From Promethearchaeia archaeon (GTDB lineage Archaea; Asgardarchaeota; Lokiarchaeia; Sigyniarchaeales; SOKP01): a stretch of 64,000 nt of DNA. The translations under genes and the position numbers were made by a program. Location: positions 1 to 64,000 of the forward strand of contig JAHQWJ010000136.1 of the NCBI GenBank assembly GCA_029856125.1. The letters run 5' to 3'. Numbering within the stretch: position 1 is the first letter of the stretch; each line of letters begins with the position of its first letter. Below are positions 28,415 to 39,200 of this stretch, piece by piece. The notes beneath the pieces are model-generated. The model had not been told where the DNA came from, made no database searches, and worked only from the letters and a program-made list of their open reading frames with translations.

Positions 28415-28462
28415 CTATTTTTTCTTAAGTAATATTAAAACAACCATGATTTTTCAGTGTAT

Positions 28463-28663
28463 TCATTCATTATTCGTATCACCTTCATGAGAATTATTAT
28501 CTTCTTTATAATCTTCAGGATCGATTTCAATAAAAAGAGGACCAATATAATTACACGAGGGCGAAATACACTCAAACATATTTGGTGTTAACCAACCAGA
28601 AACATTTACGGCATTTTTTAAGGTAGCATTCTTACATTTTGGACAAATTCTAATGCGTGCCAT
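28463..28663 (-). CDS. Small zinc-ribbon protein
   Basis: MARIRICPKC...SGWL...C-x4-CNYIGP; ATG at 28663. Confidence 0.7.
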   Translation of the reverse strand: MARIRICPKCKNATLKNAVNVSGWLTPNMFECISPSCNYIGPLFIEIDPEDYKEDNNSHEGDTNNE

Positions 28664-28886
28664 TTTACTAATATTAATTAATTTATTTTGATTGTTTTTA
28701 GCATGATAAGGAATAAGCAAAAATTAATCTTCTGCTCTCTCTCACCTAAAAATTGGAAGGTATATTCCATAATCATAAATAACATTTAGTCTCTTTCATT
28801 ATTAATATAATAAATTACCATTTAGTAGAAACGATTTAAAACTAAAATTCCTAATCTATATTTGAAAAACTGAATATTTTAAAAAA

Positions 28887-30719
28887 ATGAGTAAAATTGA
28901 CCTAGAGCGAAAAAGTTTACCCAACGAGCCAGGCGTATATTTTTTTCTCAATAATAAAAAAACGATTATTTACATCGGGAAAGCCATAAATTTAAAGAAA
29001 AGGGTAAATCAGTATTTTCTCAAAACAATTTATAACGATCCATTTTACGAAGAGAAAATTAAGGAACTCGTTAAAAATATTCATTCTATCAATTATATAG
29101 TTACAGAAAACGAAAAAGAAGCAAAAATACTCGAAAATATACAAATTAAGAAGCATCTACCGCGTTTTAATGTGGTAATGCGCGACTCAAAGACATATCC
29201 TTGGGTTGGCATCTTTTATTCTGAAAAATTTCCCCGAATCAGAATTATAAGGGGACCAGAAAAATACTCAAAAGAAAACCTATTTTTGGGCCCTTTCACT
29301 GATAAAAAGGAAATCACAAGAATATTACGTGATTTACGCAAGATATTCCCTTATTGTTCTTGTATAAAAAGAGTTAAAATAAAAAAAAGACCGTGTCTAT
29401 ATTACCAATTGAAATTATGTCCGGGACCTTGTATCGAAGCCATAACAGAAGAAGATTACACGCAGAATGTGAAGCAAATAGAATTGTTTCTCAAAGGACA
29501 AACAGATGAATTAAAAGAGCAGATTAACGAAAAGATGAGGTCTGCGGCTCTGGCACAAAATTACGAAATAGCTGGTTTTTGGAGAGATAAACTTCAAGCT
29601 ATTGATAATTCTACAACCTCTCAGAATGTTTTATTAGATCGTAAAGAAAATAAGGACGTTATAGGCTATTTTAGAGACAAAGATCAGAAATATATTGCAA
29701 TGGTAATAATTCACATTCGCGAAGGTAAGATCGCTAAAAAAAGCTCTTTTCCTGTGAATATAGAAGATAAAATCGTTCAAAAGAAAGATATTTTCCCTTT
29801 GATATTGGAACAATTTTACCAAGACCTTACGCACGATTTACCCGATATCATAATAATTCCCGAGTTTTATGAAGGAGTTAATTTGTTTAAGGAAATCCTT
29901 AACGAACATAAAACAGACCTAAAAATAAGGCTTCCCCTTGAAGAGGAATATGGTTTGCTTAGAATAGCTAATAAAAACGCAAAAGTAATAGTAGATCAAG
30001 AAATCCTAATGAAAGAGATTAAAAGAAAAGAAGAAAACAAAATTCACGAAGCTCTGGAAGAAGCTAAAGAGATTTTAAATTTGCCTAAAATACCTAGGAT
30101 TATTGAAGGATTTGATATTTCAAATATTGAAGGAACAGATGCAACCGGATCTATGGTTTATTTTCTTGAAGGGCACCCATATAATAAATACTACCGACAC
30201 TTCAAAATTCGCACAAAATCGACTCCCGACGATGTAGCAATGATGAAAGAAGTTATAAAACGAAGGTACACAATGTTAATTGAGAACAATTTATCATTAC
30301 CAGATTTAATTCTTGTTGATGGGGGAAAGGGGCAACTTAACGCGGGATATTCTGTTTTAAAAGAACTTGGTATTGAAGGCATTCCAATCATTGGATTAGC
30401 TAAAAAATTTGAAGAGATTTTTGTCCCTAACGAGAAGAATCCTATAATATTACCTAAAAATTCAAATCTCCTTAAAATCTTTCAAAGAGTTAGAGATGAG
30501 GCTCACCGCTTCGCTGTTAAACTTCATAAAAAGCAACGGGAGAAACGTGTGAAAAGATCGGTTTTAGATGACATTAAAGGGATAGGACCTGCGACTAGAA
30601 ATAAACTACTTAAACATTTTGGAAGTGTAGAAAATATCAAAAAGGCAGTTCCTGAAGCTATAGCTCAGGTAGTAGGGAAAAAATTAGCTGATACCATATT
30701 AAAAGAGTTAAGTAATTAG
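28887..30719 (+). CDS. uvrC: Excinuclease ABC subunit C
   Basis: GIY-YIG 'PGVY...IYIGKA', Cys cluster, 'IEGFDIS', 'DGGKGQ', 'RDEAHRFA', C-terminal HhH. Confidence 0.96.
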   Translation: MSKIDLERKSLPNEPGVYFFLNNKKTIIYIGKAINLKKRVNQYFLKTIYNDPFYEEKIKELVKNIHSINYIVTENEKEAKILENIQIKKHLPRFNVVMRDSKTYPWVGIFYSEKFPRIRIIRGPEKYSKENLFLGPFTDKKEITRILRDLRKIFPYCSCIKRVKIKKRPCLYYQLKLCPGPCIEAITEEDYTQNVKQIELFLKGQTDELKEQINEKMRSAALAQNYEIAGFWRDKLQAIDNSTTSQNVLLDRKENKDVIGYFRDKDQKYIAMVIIHIREGKIAKKSSFPVNIEDKIVQKKDIFPLILEQFYQDLTHDLPDIIIIPEFYEGVNLFKEILNEHKTDLKIRLPLEEEYGLLRIANKNAKVIVDQEILMKEIKRKEENKIHEALEEAKEILNLPKIPRIIEGFDISNIEGTDATGSMVYFLEGHPYNKYYRHFKIRTKSTPDDVAMMKEVIKRRYTMLIENNLSLPDLILVDGGKGQLNAGYSVLKELGIEGIPIIGLAKKFEEIFVPNEKNPIILPKNSNLLKIFQRVRDEAHRFAVKLHKKQREKRVKRSVLDDIKGIGPATRNKLLKHFGSVENIKKAVPEAIAQVVGKKLADTILKELSN

Positions 30720-30726
30720 ATTCACC

Positions 30727-32154
30727 TTACATACTGTCGATCACTAGTGTCACAAGTTCAGCTGTTGCTTCGCAATAAACTCTAGCTAAAGAATCTCTTT
30801 TTGCTTCACTTATAACCCTGATTACTGCCTCTGTATTTGACGGGTGGATTAGCACAAACCAATCTTTTCCTTTACCAAACCGTAGATCATTACCATATTG
30901 ATTAACTTCTTCACCTTCGCTAATCAATTCTTGTTTAACTTTAGATATAATTATTCTGACATCTTTAGAGTTTATTTTAATTCTTCTTCGATGGGAAAAG
31001 AACTTTGGAAGCCGAGCGACAAGTTTCGATAAAATTTCTCCTGTTTCAACCATGATTTCAATAATTTTAGCTGCTGCAAAAAGACCGTCCCTAGTATTGT
31101 TAAAATCGGGAAATATAACTCCTCCACATGAACCTTCTCCGCCAAATATCGAAGATTTTGGTTGATCATGTAAGAGCTTATGCATTTTTTCAACCAAAAA
31201 AACCTCTCCGATTTGGGTTCTTATTACTTGTGCGTTATACTTCTCAGCTATAACTTCAAACATTAGCGAAGAAGCTAAATTTGTAACAAATATGAATTCT
31301 TTAGCTTCGCTAAGGTTATTCTTCAATAAATGTTCTGTTATAAGAGCTAATCCAATATCTTCAGGATAACAAACCCCATTTTCACCAATAATTGCTAATC
31401 GATCCGCATCAGAATCGTGGGCGAAACCCACATCAAATTTACCTTGCCAGACTTCCATTATTATATCTTTAAGGTTTTTAGATACAGGTTCAATCTCTCT
31501 AGGAAAAGTATCGTTTACAAGTAGCTCGTTGTTGATAACTTTAACTTCACACCCCAGACCAGCAAGAATTTGGGGTGTAGCACATTTTCCTGCTCCTGCC
31601 CCCGTATCAAGGACTACCCTAAGATTATTTTCTTTTTTTATTTTTTTTACATTTATATGGTTATAAAGTGCTTTGATGTAATTTGGAATAGGGTTAATGA
31701 ATCTAACATTTTTCTTTATTGTCTTGTTATTCACGTTATAATTTCTGAAATTATCACTCTGTAAAGAAAGAGAAATTTTATCTAGATCATGATTATGCAA
31801 ATAAGATATTGAAGATAATAGTTTTAGACCGTTCCATTCCGGTGAATTATGAGATCCTGTAATTATAATCCCGGTGGGTATGTTTAGTAGATTTTTTGTA
31901 TGAATAATAATTGGCGTGGGACATATTCCTACATTGATTACTTCAAATCCCGTTGCAACTAATCCTTCAATTATTCCCCTTTCAATAACCTTACCACTTG
32001 GTCTTGTGTCCCGTCCTACGATAACTTCTCTATTTTCACTATCAGCCAGATTACCAAACGAAATAGCAATTTTCTTTGCGATTTCAAAGTTAAGATCTTT
32101 TCCATATATCCCTCGGATTCCGCTAAAAGTGAAAATTAAGTTGGACCCTCCCAT
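30727..32154 (-). CDS. Phosphohexomutase (phosphoglucosamine/phosphomannomutase family)
   Basis: TGSHN, DSDADR, GGEGS, PSNTE. Confidence 0.9.
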   Translation of the reverse strand: MGGSNLIFTFSGIRGIYGKDLNFEIAKKIAISFGNLADSENREVIVGRDTRPSGKVIERGIIEGLVATGFEVINVGICPTPIIIHTKNLLNIPTGIIITGSHNSPEWNGLKLLSSISYLHNHDLDKISLSLQSDNFRNYNVNNKTIKKNVRFINPIPNYIKALYNHINVKKIKKENNLRVVLDTGAGAGKCATPQILAGLGCEVKVINNELLVNDTFPREIEPVSKNLKDIIMEVWQGKFDVGFAHDSDADRLAIIGENGVCYPEDIGLALITEHLLKNNLSEAKEFIFVTNLASSLMFEVIAEKYNAQVIRTQIGEVFLVEKMHKLLHDQPKSSIFGGEGSCGGVIFPDFNNTRDGLFAAAKIIEIMVETGEILSKLVARLPKFFSHRRRIKINSKDVRIIISKVKQELISEGEEVNQYGNDLRFGKGKDWFVLIHPSNTEAVIRVISEAKRDSLARVYCEATAELVTLVIDSM

Positions 32155-32177
32155 GATTTATCGTGGATTGAAAACTT

Positions 32178-33185
32178 TTATAAGATTAATGGATTCCCTT
32201 CCAGTTTATATTTAACCAGCGTTAAAGCCCCCATTACTCCTATTTCGTCTATATTTTTGGTTACTTTAAGTTGAGGTGGGGTATTAATAGTATATAAGAT
32301 AGGTTCTGTTTTGAATTGTTCAATCACGGGTGGTAGAATTAAATCACTATCTTTCATCATTGCTCCTCCAAAATATATAGAGGCACAATCATAAAAGTTG
32401 TTCACTAAACCAACCCCTACCTTAGTATAAAAGACGCATTGATTGACTATACTCTTGGAAAATTTATCTCCTCCTCTTGCTGCTTGGAACAGTTCTTTTG
32501 CAGTGATCTTTGTTTCGTCGTTATCAACCATGAACATTAAAATTTTCGAACTGAAATTGGATGTTTTAATTGCTTCTAAAGCCCTGTTTCTAACTCCCGT
32601 ACCGGAACTATATACTTCCCAACAACCAAACGCACCACAATTACATTGGAAGCTGCTCTGATGATTTACGATTCCATGTCCTATTTCTGCAGCATTACCA
32701 TTCTTGCCGAGAAGCAGGTGACCGTTACAAATAGCTCCACCCCCAATTCCTGTTGACATCGTGATATAAACAATATTATCTTTTTCATCGTCGCTTGCTT
32801 CAAAATAATGAATTGCTAAAACTGAAGCGTTACAATCGTTAATAAGATAAACAGGAACGCCCATAAATCTTTCTTGGATTGGATTTTTTAGTGGGATTTC
32901 CTTAAAACCCAAGTTCGCATTATTGAAAACTTCTCCGCTTTCGATATTTATCGGCCCAGCGGAAGCTAAACCAATTCCTAAGATTTGTTCCTTCTCAATA
33001 TTATTATCAATCAGTAGTTCAGTTATTAAAGAGATTATTGCATTACTGATCGAATATTCATTTATCTTTGGAGTCTGAGTCGTCTTAATTATAAGTGTCT
33101 CTTTTTTTAAATCAATAGAACTTATACCGACTCGAATCCAAGTACCTCCAATATCCACACCAATAATAAATTCTTCTTTATTCAT
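32178..33185 (-). CDS. ROK-family sugar kinase
   Basis: GVDIGGT, NDCNA, STGIGGG, EIGH, CNCG..GCWE; ATG at 33185. Confidence 0.92.
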   Translation of the reverse strand: MNKEEFIIGVDIGGTWIRVGISSIDLKKETLIIKTTQTPKINEYSISNAIISLITELLIDNNIEKEQILGIGLASAGPINIESGEVFNNANLGFKEIPLKNPIQERFMGVPVYLINDCNASVLAIHYFEASDDEKDNIVYITMSTGIGGGAICNGHLLLGKNGNAAEIGHGIVNHQSSFQCNCGAFGCWEVYSSGTGVRNRALEAIKTSNFSSKILMFMVDNDETKITAKELFQAARGGDKFSKSIVNQCVFYTKVGVGLVNNFYDCASIYFGGAMMKDSDLILPPVIEQFKTEPILYTINTPPQLKVTKNIDEIGVMGALTLVKYKLEGNPLIL

Positions 33186-33221
33186 CGTCACTTTCCTTAG
33201 AAATATGAATATAATCAAAAA

Positions 33222-34013
33222 CTAGTAATAATTAATCTCAATATTATCGTTATTAATTAGTTCTCTTAAAATTTTTACGATCTCCCTTTTTCTATTTTCA
33301 TCAATTGCGTAAACAAAGTATTCAGATGGTATTCTTGCGATTGAATAGAGTTGGACAATATTCGGATTAATTTTTTTTATTAGATAAGCTAATTGTTCAA
33401 TATTTTCCTTGTTATTATTAGAGGAAAAATTATCCCGATGAGATTTACTAATCAAGCTTTGAATAGCTAATTTCTTATTTGGCATTTCTTTTCTCAGTTT
33501 AACAAGAGAATTAGTTATAGTGTCGATATCTGGACAATTTTTGTGTGGTCTATTAGTTCTTCTTAAATCTTTATCAGTAGCAGCGTCTAATTTTGCCAAC
33601 ACAAAATCAAAATGTTTCACTCTTTCCCTAACCTCTTCTAAATAAAGTGTACTTGAATTGGTAAAAAGGGTTATCAATGGTGGGTCTTTATCCCATTTCA
33701 ATTCATTTCTAACATCAAAAGCTACTTTGTAGAAATCTAATAAACTATCGTTTAAGGTGGGTTCTCCATTATAGCCAAAAGTTATTGAGTCTAAATGAGG
33801 AACATATTTTAAGATATCTTTAAGTTCTCTTCTAAACTTCAAAGACGGTGGAGCTTTAATTCTATCCTCTGGAGAGACTACTTGATAAGTTGGCCCTATT
33901 TCGCAATACACGCAATTATAAGTACATAACTTATAATTGGGTAAAATATCTACCCCTAAAGAGAGCCCTAATCTTCTTGAATTAAATGGACCATAAGTAT
34001 ATTCTCTTGTCAT
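33222..34013 (-). CDS. Radical SAM protein
   Basis: 'YGPFNSRRLGLSLGVD', CTYNCVYC, GEPTL. Confidence 0.88.
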   Translation of the reverse strand: MTREYTYGPFNSRRLGLSLGVDILPNYKLCTYNCVYCEIGPTYQVVSPEDRIKAPPSLKFRRELKDILKYVPHLDSITFGYNGEPTLNDSLLDFYKVAFDVRNELKWDKDPPLITLFTNSSTLYLEEVRERVKHFDFVLAKLDAATDKDLRRTNRPHKNCPDIDTITNSLVKLRKEMPNKKLAIQSLISKSHRDNFSSNNNKENIEQLAYLIKKINPNIVQLYSIARIPSEYFVYAIDENRKREIVKILRELINNDNIEINYY

Positions 34014-34026
34014 ATTATCTTTATCG

Positions 34027-34800
34027 CTAAAAATGAGTAGAGATAAAATTCTCTATAGCTTGATTAACTTCGTTTGGTTTTTCTAGCATTACCATATGCC
34101 CAGCTTTGTTAATTATGTGGAGTTCTGAATTTTTGATTTTATTGCGAAAAAATTCTGAGTATTTAACAGGAGTTAATTGGTCTTGCTTCCCTACGATAAT
34201 TAAACATGGGACTTCGATTGAGTTTAGCTTGTTTAGAATGTCGAAACCATCGCAAATCTTAAAATCTTTGTAGGTGACATCAGCACTAATTTTAGATATT
34301 TCTTGAATATAGTGTTTTATCGTTTCTTTTGGAGTCGCTCTATAAAACGCTCCAGCTGGTAGAGAATCCATGAATTCTTGATAATTATTTTTTAAAGAAT
34401 TAAGGATGAAAGGAGCTACCCTTAATTTTCCACCTGTGTTGCATAAAATCAGACCTGAAACTTCATTAGGATATGTGAAGTAGTATTGTTGAATAATTGC
34501 ACCTCCTAAAGAATGACCACATAAAATTACACCCTCATATTTTAATGCCTTAATTAGCTGGCGAACTACATCCACGTACAAATTGAGAGATAGATCTGAA
34601 AAACTATCTGATTTATCGTGAGAAGGTAAATCGAGAGCGATTAAATCATAATCAACATCTAACTTCACTTGATTTTTCCAAGTATATGAACTTCCTCCAG
34701 AACCATGTACAAAAATAATTGCTCTATTGCTTCCAGATTTTTTAATATTATAATAGATCTTCTTATCTTCAATTTTAAAATACATCTTTACCAATCGCAA
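34027..34800 (-). CDS. Alpha/beta hydrolase
   Basis: HGSGG, GHSLGG nucleophile elbow, D, AGH. Confidence 0.9.
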   Translation of the reverse strand: MRLVKMYFKIEDKKIYYNIKKSGSNRAIIFVHGSGGSSYTWKNQVKLDVDYDLIALDLPSHDKSDSFSDLSLNLYVDVVRQLIKALKYEGVILCGHSLGGAIIQQYYFTYPNEVSGLILCNTGGKLRVAPFILNSLKNNYQEFMDSLPAGAFYRATPKETIKHYIQEISKISADVTYKDFKICDGFDILNKLNSIEVPCLIIVGKQDQLTPVKYSEFFRNKIKNSELHIINKAGHMVMLEKPNEVNQAIENFISTHF

Positions 34801-34908
34801 TTAATAATATAAATTTATTATAGAGAAAGAAGGAAACAATTTAGATTTATCAAATTAGTTATCTGTAATAAAAAAATGAGTATGAAAAAATGTTATGTAG
34901 AATTATTT

Positions 34909-37458
34909 TTAGAGCTCAATATCTCGATGCTGCATTTCAAGCAACCGTTTGTATTTTCCGTTCAATGCAAGTAAAGATTCGTGTGTTCCTTGTTCTATTA
35001 TACCCTTTTTATCTGTGCCTAATACTATAATATTGTCCGCATTTTTGATAGTTGATAATCTATGAGCGATAATGATAGTAGTTCTTCCTTTTCGTGCTTT
35101 GTCTAGAGCGTCTTGGATGAGTGTTTCGGTGTATGGATCTACAGATGATGTTGCTTCATCTAAAATTAAAATTTTTGGGTCAGTAATTAACGCTCGAGCA
35201 AAAGCAATTAATTGACGTTGTCCAATCGAGATATTTGATGCGTTTTCTTTAAGTTTAGTATTATATTTCTTGTGTAAAGCTTCAATGAAATTATGCAAAC
35301 CGAGAAATTTAGAAACTTCTATCATTTTTTTTTCTATCTCTGGAGTAGGGTTATCGAAAGAATAAAGTAAATTCTCACGAATAGTTCCGGAAAAAAGAAA
35401 AGCATCTTGAGGTACCAAACCTATTATATTTCGAAGATCTTTCTTTGTGATTTCACGAATATCTACATCATCAATCAACACTTCTCCTTCGTTTATATCA
35501 TAAAACCGGGAAATTAATTTTGTGATTGTTGTTTTACCAGATCCTGTTTCACCAACAATGGCCATGGTTTTTCCTGAGGGAATTGTTAAATCTACATTTT
35601 CAAGGACGAAACCCGTAGATTGTTCATGTTGAATTATTTTCTTTTCTTCATCTATTGCATCTCTAACAATTTTGGGAATTTGTTCATATACTTCTTTACT
35701 AATTTTGGCGGTTGTTAGCATCCTAAGCATGGATTGAGGTGACATTTTTGGCATACCTCCCCCCATCATTCCACCACCTTCACCCATTCCGGCACCTGAA
35801 GATTGAATTGTAGCTTTGCTTCTCAAACTTTTTTCTAGAAATTTAGTCATTTGTAAGATTTCTTCAGGAGGTAGAGTAGGTAATATCGAATTATCTCCTT
35901 GATTAACTTTTAAATCTGCTCGCTTAAAAGAAGTCTGCAAATCTGGATGATCATTTGCAAAATCCGTGCCTGGTACAGCGTATTTAAACTCAGCTAATAT
36001 AGTATCAATTAGTTTTGGAGCATCAGAAGGTTTTTGGCTCATAAGACTCATAAATAATTTTTGTCTAATATTTTGAGGCATGAGTATGACATTTTTCATC
36101 ATAAAAGAAGAATAAGGCTCCGGAAGTGTCTTCATAAAATCCATAGCTCGTTTCATCATTTGTTGCATCATAGGATTATCTGGCATACCTGTCGGTATGG
36201 ACATTTCAATTGATCTCATTATTTTTGGATCTTTTTGAGGTGAGTCTGATCTTAAATTGTTTTCTTTACCATTTTCTAAGATATAACCAAAATTTACGGC
36301 ATTAAACTCGATTTCTCCAATAACGTTTTCAATTCGTTTTGGATTTTCATTATCCGGAATTTCAGATTTCTCCTCCAATAAGGTGTATATTCTGTCACTT
36401 GCTGCTAAAGATGATGCTATCATTTCTTGAATTTGCATTAACATCATAAAAGGTTTAAAAAATTGAGCTAGAATAGATATATAAGCGCTAAGCACTCCAA
36501 CAGTAACAACTGTACCAAATATCGTGACATTTCCTAGGATTACAAATCCTCCTGCAAACAAAATTCCAGCGGTAAGTATGCTGGTTACAAGGCCAATTAA
36601 AGGAAAGATCGTTGCCATGAACTTCCTAATTTTCAACATTGCATCGTAATTCTCAGTATTAGCTTCGTCAAACTCAGAGGATGCCTTTTTTTCCTGCCCG
36701 TATGCTTGGACCACTTTAGCTCCCGCAATATTTTCTTGAATTGATGAAGTTACTTTGCCAATTGTTTTTCTGGATTCTTTAAAAAGCCCCATCGCTACCG
36801 TTCTAAATATATAAGTAAATATAAAAAAAACAGGGAATATAATTAGTGAGAGTAAAGCTAAGAATATATTGAGTAAAAACATAATACTCACAGTAAGGAT
36901 TAAACTAATTACGCTCGTAATTACCATAACAAATTGGCCCCCAACCAATTGATTTAATAGAGTGACATCATTGGTTGTAATAGACATGATATCTCCTGAT
37001 GATTTTTTGTCAAAATAACTTAGAGACATATCTTGAAGTTTATAGAAAAGGTCGTTCCTAATCTCGAATGTAATAGTTTGTGATATTTTTCCCATTCCGT
37101 AATTTGCAAAATACGTCGTTATAGCCATAGCTACAAGAAGTGATAAGTAAAATGTTGACATAAAAACAATATAGATACTATCTTTAGCTACTATACCGTT
37201 GTCTATTATGTTTGCTGAAATAATAGGACTTATTGAAGTAACTAAAGTTCCGACTAATGATAAAACTATAAGAGTAATAAACTTCCATTTATAATTACCT
37301 AAATATGAAAATAACCATTTCCATAATTCTCGTCGAGGATGTTCTAATTTAGAGTCGCCACTATCCATCATAAAACCTTTATGCATGCCACCACCGACCC
37401 TTGGTAGAATAATTTCCTTCTCTTCTTCTTTTTTTTCCTTCTGATTGTTGTTATTCAT
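34909..37458 (-). CDS. Heterodimeric ABC exporter subunit B (TMD+NBD) with ~220-aa Met-rich insertion
   Basis: 6-TM domain, GETGSGKT, ISIGQ, ILILDEA, AHR; ATG at 37458 preferred. Confidence 0.9.
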   Translation of the reverse strand: MNNNNQKEKKEEEKEIILPRVGGGMHKGFMMDSGDSKLEHPRRELWKWLFSYLGNYKWKFITLIVLSLVGTLVTSISPIISANIIDNGIVAKDSIYIVFMSTFYLSLLVAMAITTYFANYGMGKISQTITFEIRNDLFYKLQDMSLSYFDKKSSGDIMSITTNDVTLLNQLVGGQFVMVITSVISLILTVSIMFLLNIFLALLSLIIFPVFFIFTYIFRTVAMGLFKESRKTIGKVTSSIQENIAGAKVVQAYGQEKKASSEFDEANTENYDAMLKIRKFMATIFPLIGLVTSILTAGILFAGGFVILGNVTIFGTVVTVGVLSAYISILAQFFKPFMMLMQIQEMIASSLAASDRIYTLLEEKSEIPDNENPKRIENVIGEIEFNAVNFGYILENGKENNLRSDSPQKDPKIMRSIEMSIPTGMPDNPMMQQMMKRAMDFMKTLPEPYSSFMMKNVILMPQNIRQKLFMSLMSQKPSDAPKLIDTILAEFKYAVPGTDFANDHPDLQTSFKRADLKVNQGDNSILPTLPPEEILQMTKFLEKSLRSKATIQSSGAGMGEGGGMMGGGMPKMSPQSMLRMLTTAKISKEVYEQIPKIVRDAIDEEKKIIQHEQSTGFVLENVDLTIPSGKTMAIVGETGSGKTTITKLISRFYDINEGEVLIDDVDIREITKKDLRNIIGLVPQDAFLFSGTIRENLLYSFDNPTPEIEKKMIEVSKFLGLHNFIEALHKKYNTKLKENASNISIGQRQLIAFARALITDPKILILDEATSSVDPYTETLIQDALDKARKGRTTIIIAHRLSTIKNADNIIVLGTDKKGIIEQGTHESLLALNGKYKRLLEMQHRDIEL

Positions 37459-39193
37459 TAATGATACCTCTTTTCGATTTTTGTTTTTGAAATAGAGTTT
37501 CATATATTTGCTTGTATAAAACGTTAGAATTAATTAATTCTTCGTGATTCCCTAAACCTACTACACGGCCTCTATCTAAAATTAATATCAAATCCGCATT
37601 ACGAATTGTGGATATACGTTGTGTTATTATAATAGTTGTTGTATTTTTCATTATTTTTGAAAGAGCTTCTTGGATTTTAAATTCAGTTTCAACATCAACT
37701 GAACTTGTAGAATCGTCAAAAATCAATATCTTAGGTTTTACAATTAAGGCTCTTGCAATGGATAGGCGTTGTTTCTGTCCCCCTGATAACCGTGTCCCTC
37801 TTTCTCCTACAATTGAGTCATATTGCTTCGGTAAAGTCATAATAAAATCATGGAGTTCAGCAATTTTAGCTGCTTCAACTATTTCTTCCTTTTTAGCATT
37901 CTCTCTACCATAAGCTATATTTTTTGCTATGCTCTTATTAAAAAGATAAGTCTCTTGGGAAACTATTCCAATACATCTTCTTAAATCCTTCAAAATATAA
38001 TTACGGATATCAATGCCATCAATTTTGATACTACCCTTGTTAATCTCGTAAAATCTTGGAATTAAATTTATGATTGTTGATTTTCCAGATCCTGTTGTCC
38101 CTAAAATGGCTAATTTCTTACCCTCGGCTATTTTAAATGCAACATCTTTCAAAATTCTATGCTCAGATGTATAACCAAACGATACATTATCAAAAATTAT
38201 TTCTCCCTTTACGGATTCTAGGGGGAGCGCATCTGGAAGATCTTCGATTTCAGGAGCAGAATCAAGTATCTCCCTAACCCGCGTTAAAGCAGCATCAGCT
38301 TGAACATAAGTTAACATAATTTGCCCTAGCATCATTAAGGGAAAACCTAGAACTGCTATGTAAGATATTAAGGTTACAATTTCTTCTAATTGCATTCTTC
38401 CCTCAATATACCACATTCCCCCTAAGAAAAATGTGATAACTGTCATAAATCCCATTACAACGTATATAACTGGCAAATAGAGTGAATTGTATTTTACAGA
38501 TTGGACACTCGCGTTGTAGAATCTTCTATTGTTTGCTTGAAATTTCTTGTGTTCTTTATCTTGAGTACTAAACATTCTAACAACTTCAGCTCCTACAATG
38601 TTCTCTCTAATCGTATTAGTTAATTCACCAAAGCTACTACGAGTTTCTAAAAAAATAGGTTTTAATTTTTTCGCAATATAGTAAGATGTGACTAAAGATC
38701 CAAAAAAAGCTATTATCAATATAATTGAAAGCTCTAAACTAAAAAGTAAAAATCCCACAACAACACCTACCATTTGTAGAATCGATTGTAAACCTAATGT
38801 CAAGCCCATCCCAAAAATCATTTGAGTTTCTTCAATGTCGCTTGTAGCTCTTGATATCAATTGACCCGTTTCAGTCTTATCAAAAAATGAAAATGATTGT
38901 CTATAGATTGCATTACTAATATCTGTTCGTAAATAGTAAATAGCTCGAGCAGATACTTCTGCACCTCTAAGTCTGGCAGCACGATTGGAAAAGTACACAC
39001 ATATTGCGAATAAGATAACTATCAAAAAATTCAGTAATAAATCAGTAGCGTTCGTTAACGCTCCAACCATTCTCCCTATAAATACGGGCGTAAAAGTGTA
39101 AAAAATCGTAGTTAGTATAAGATATACAAATTGAAAAATGAAATTTTTTCTCGATTTTGCCCAATATTTTATTATCATACGAAATGAATTCAT
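37451..39193 (-). CDS. Heterodimeric ABC exporter subunit A (degenerate Walker B/switch)
   Basis: GTTGSGKS, LSGGQ, IFDDS, TQR (TM287-type degenerate site). Confidence 0.9.
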   Translation of the reverse strand: MNSFRMIIKYWAKSRKNFIFQFVYLILTTIFYTFTPVFIGRMVGALTNATDLLLNFLIVILFAICVYFSNRAARLRGAEVSARAIYYLRTDISNAIYRQSFSFFDKTETGQLISRATSDIEETQMIFGMGLTLGLQSILQMVGVVVGFLLFSLELSIILIIAFFGSLVTSYYIAKKLKPIFLETRSSFGELTNTIRENIVGAEVVRMFSTQDKEHKKFQANNRRFYNASVQSVKYNSLYLPVIYVVMGFMTVITFFLGGMWYIEGRMQLEEIVTLISYIAVLGFPLMMLGQIMLTYVQADAALTRVREILDSAPEIEDLPDALPLESVKGEIIFDNVSFGYTSEHRILKDVAFKIAEGKKLAILGTTGSGKSTIINLIPRFYEINKGSIKIDGIDIRNYILKDLRRCIGIVSQETYLFNKSIAKNIAYGRENAKKEEIVEAAKIAELHDFIMTLPKQYDSIVGERGTRLSGGQKQRLSIARALIVKPKILIFDDSTSSVDVETEFKIQEALSKIMKNTTTIIITQRISTIRNADLILILDRGRVVGLGNHEELINSNVLYKQIYETLFQKQKSKRGIINE

Positions 39194-39200
39194 AATTTCA

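Noticed and set aside
35611-36282. Intein in the ABC ATPase
   Set aside because: No N-terminal Cys/Ser block, no His-Asn end and no homing endonuclease motifs.
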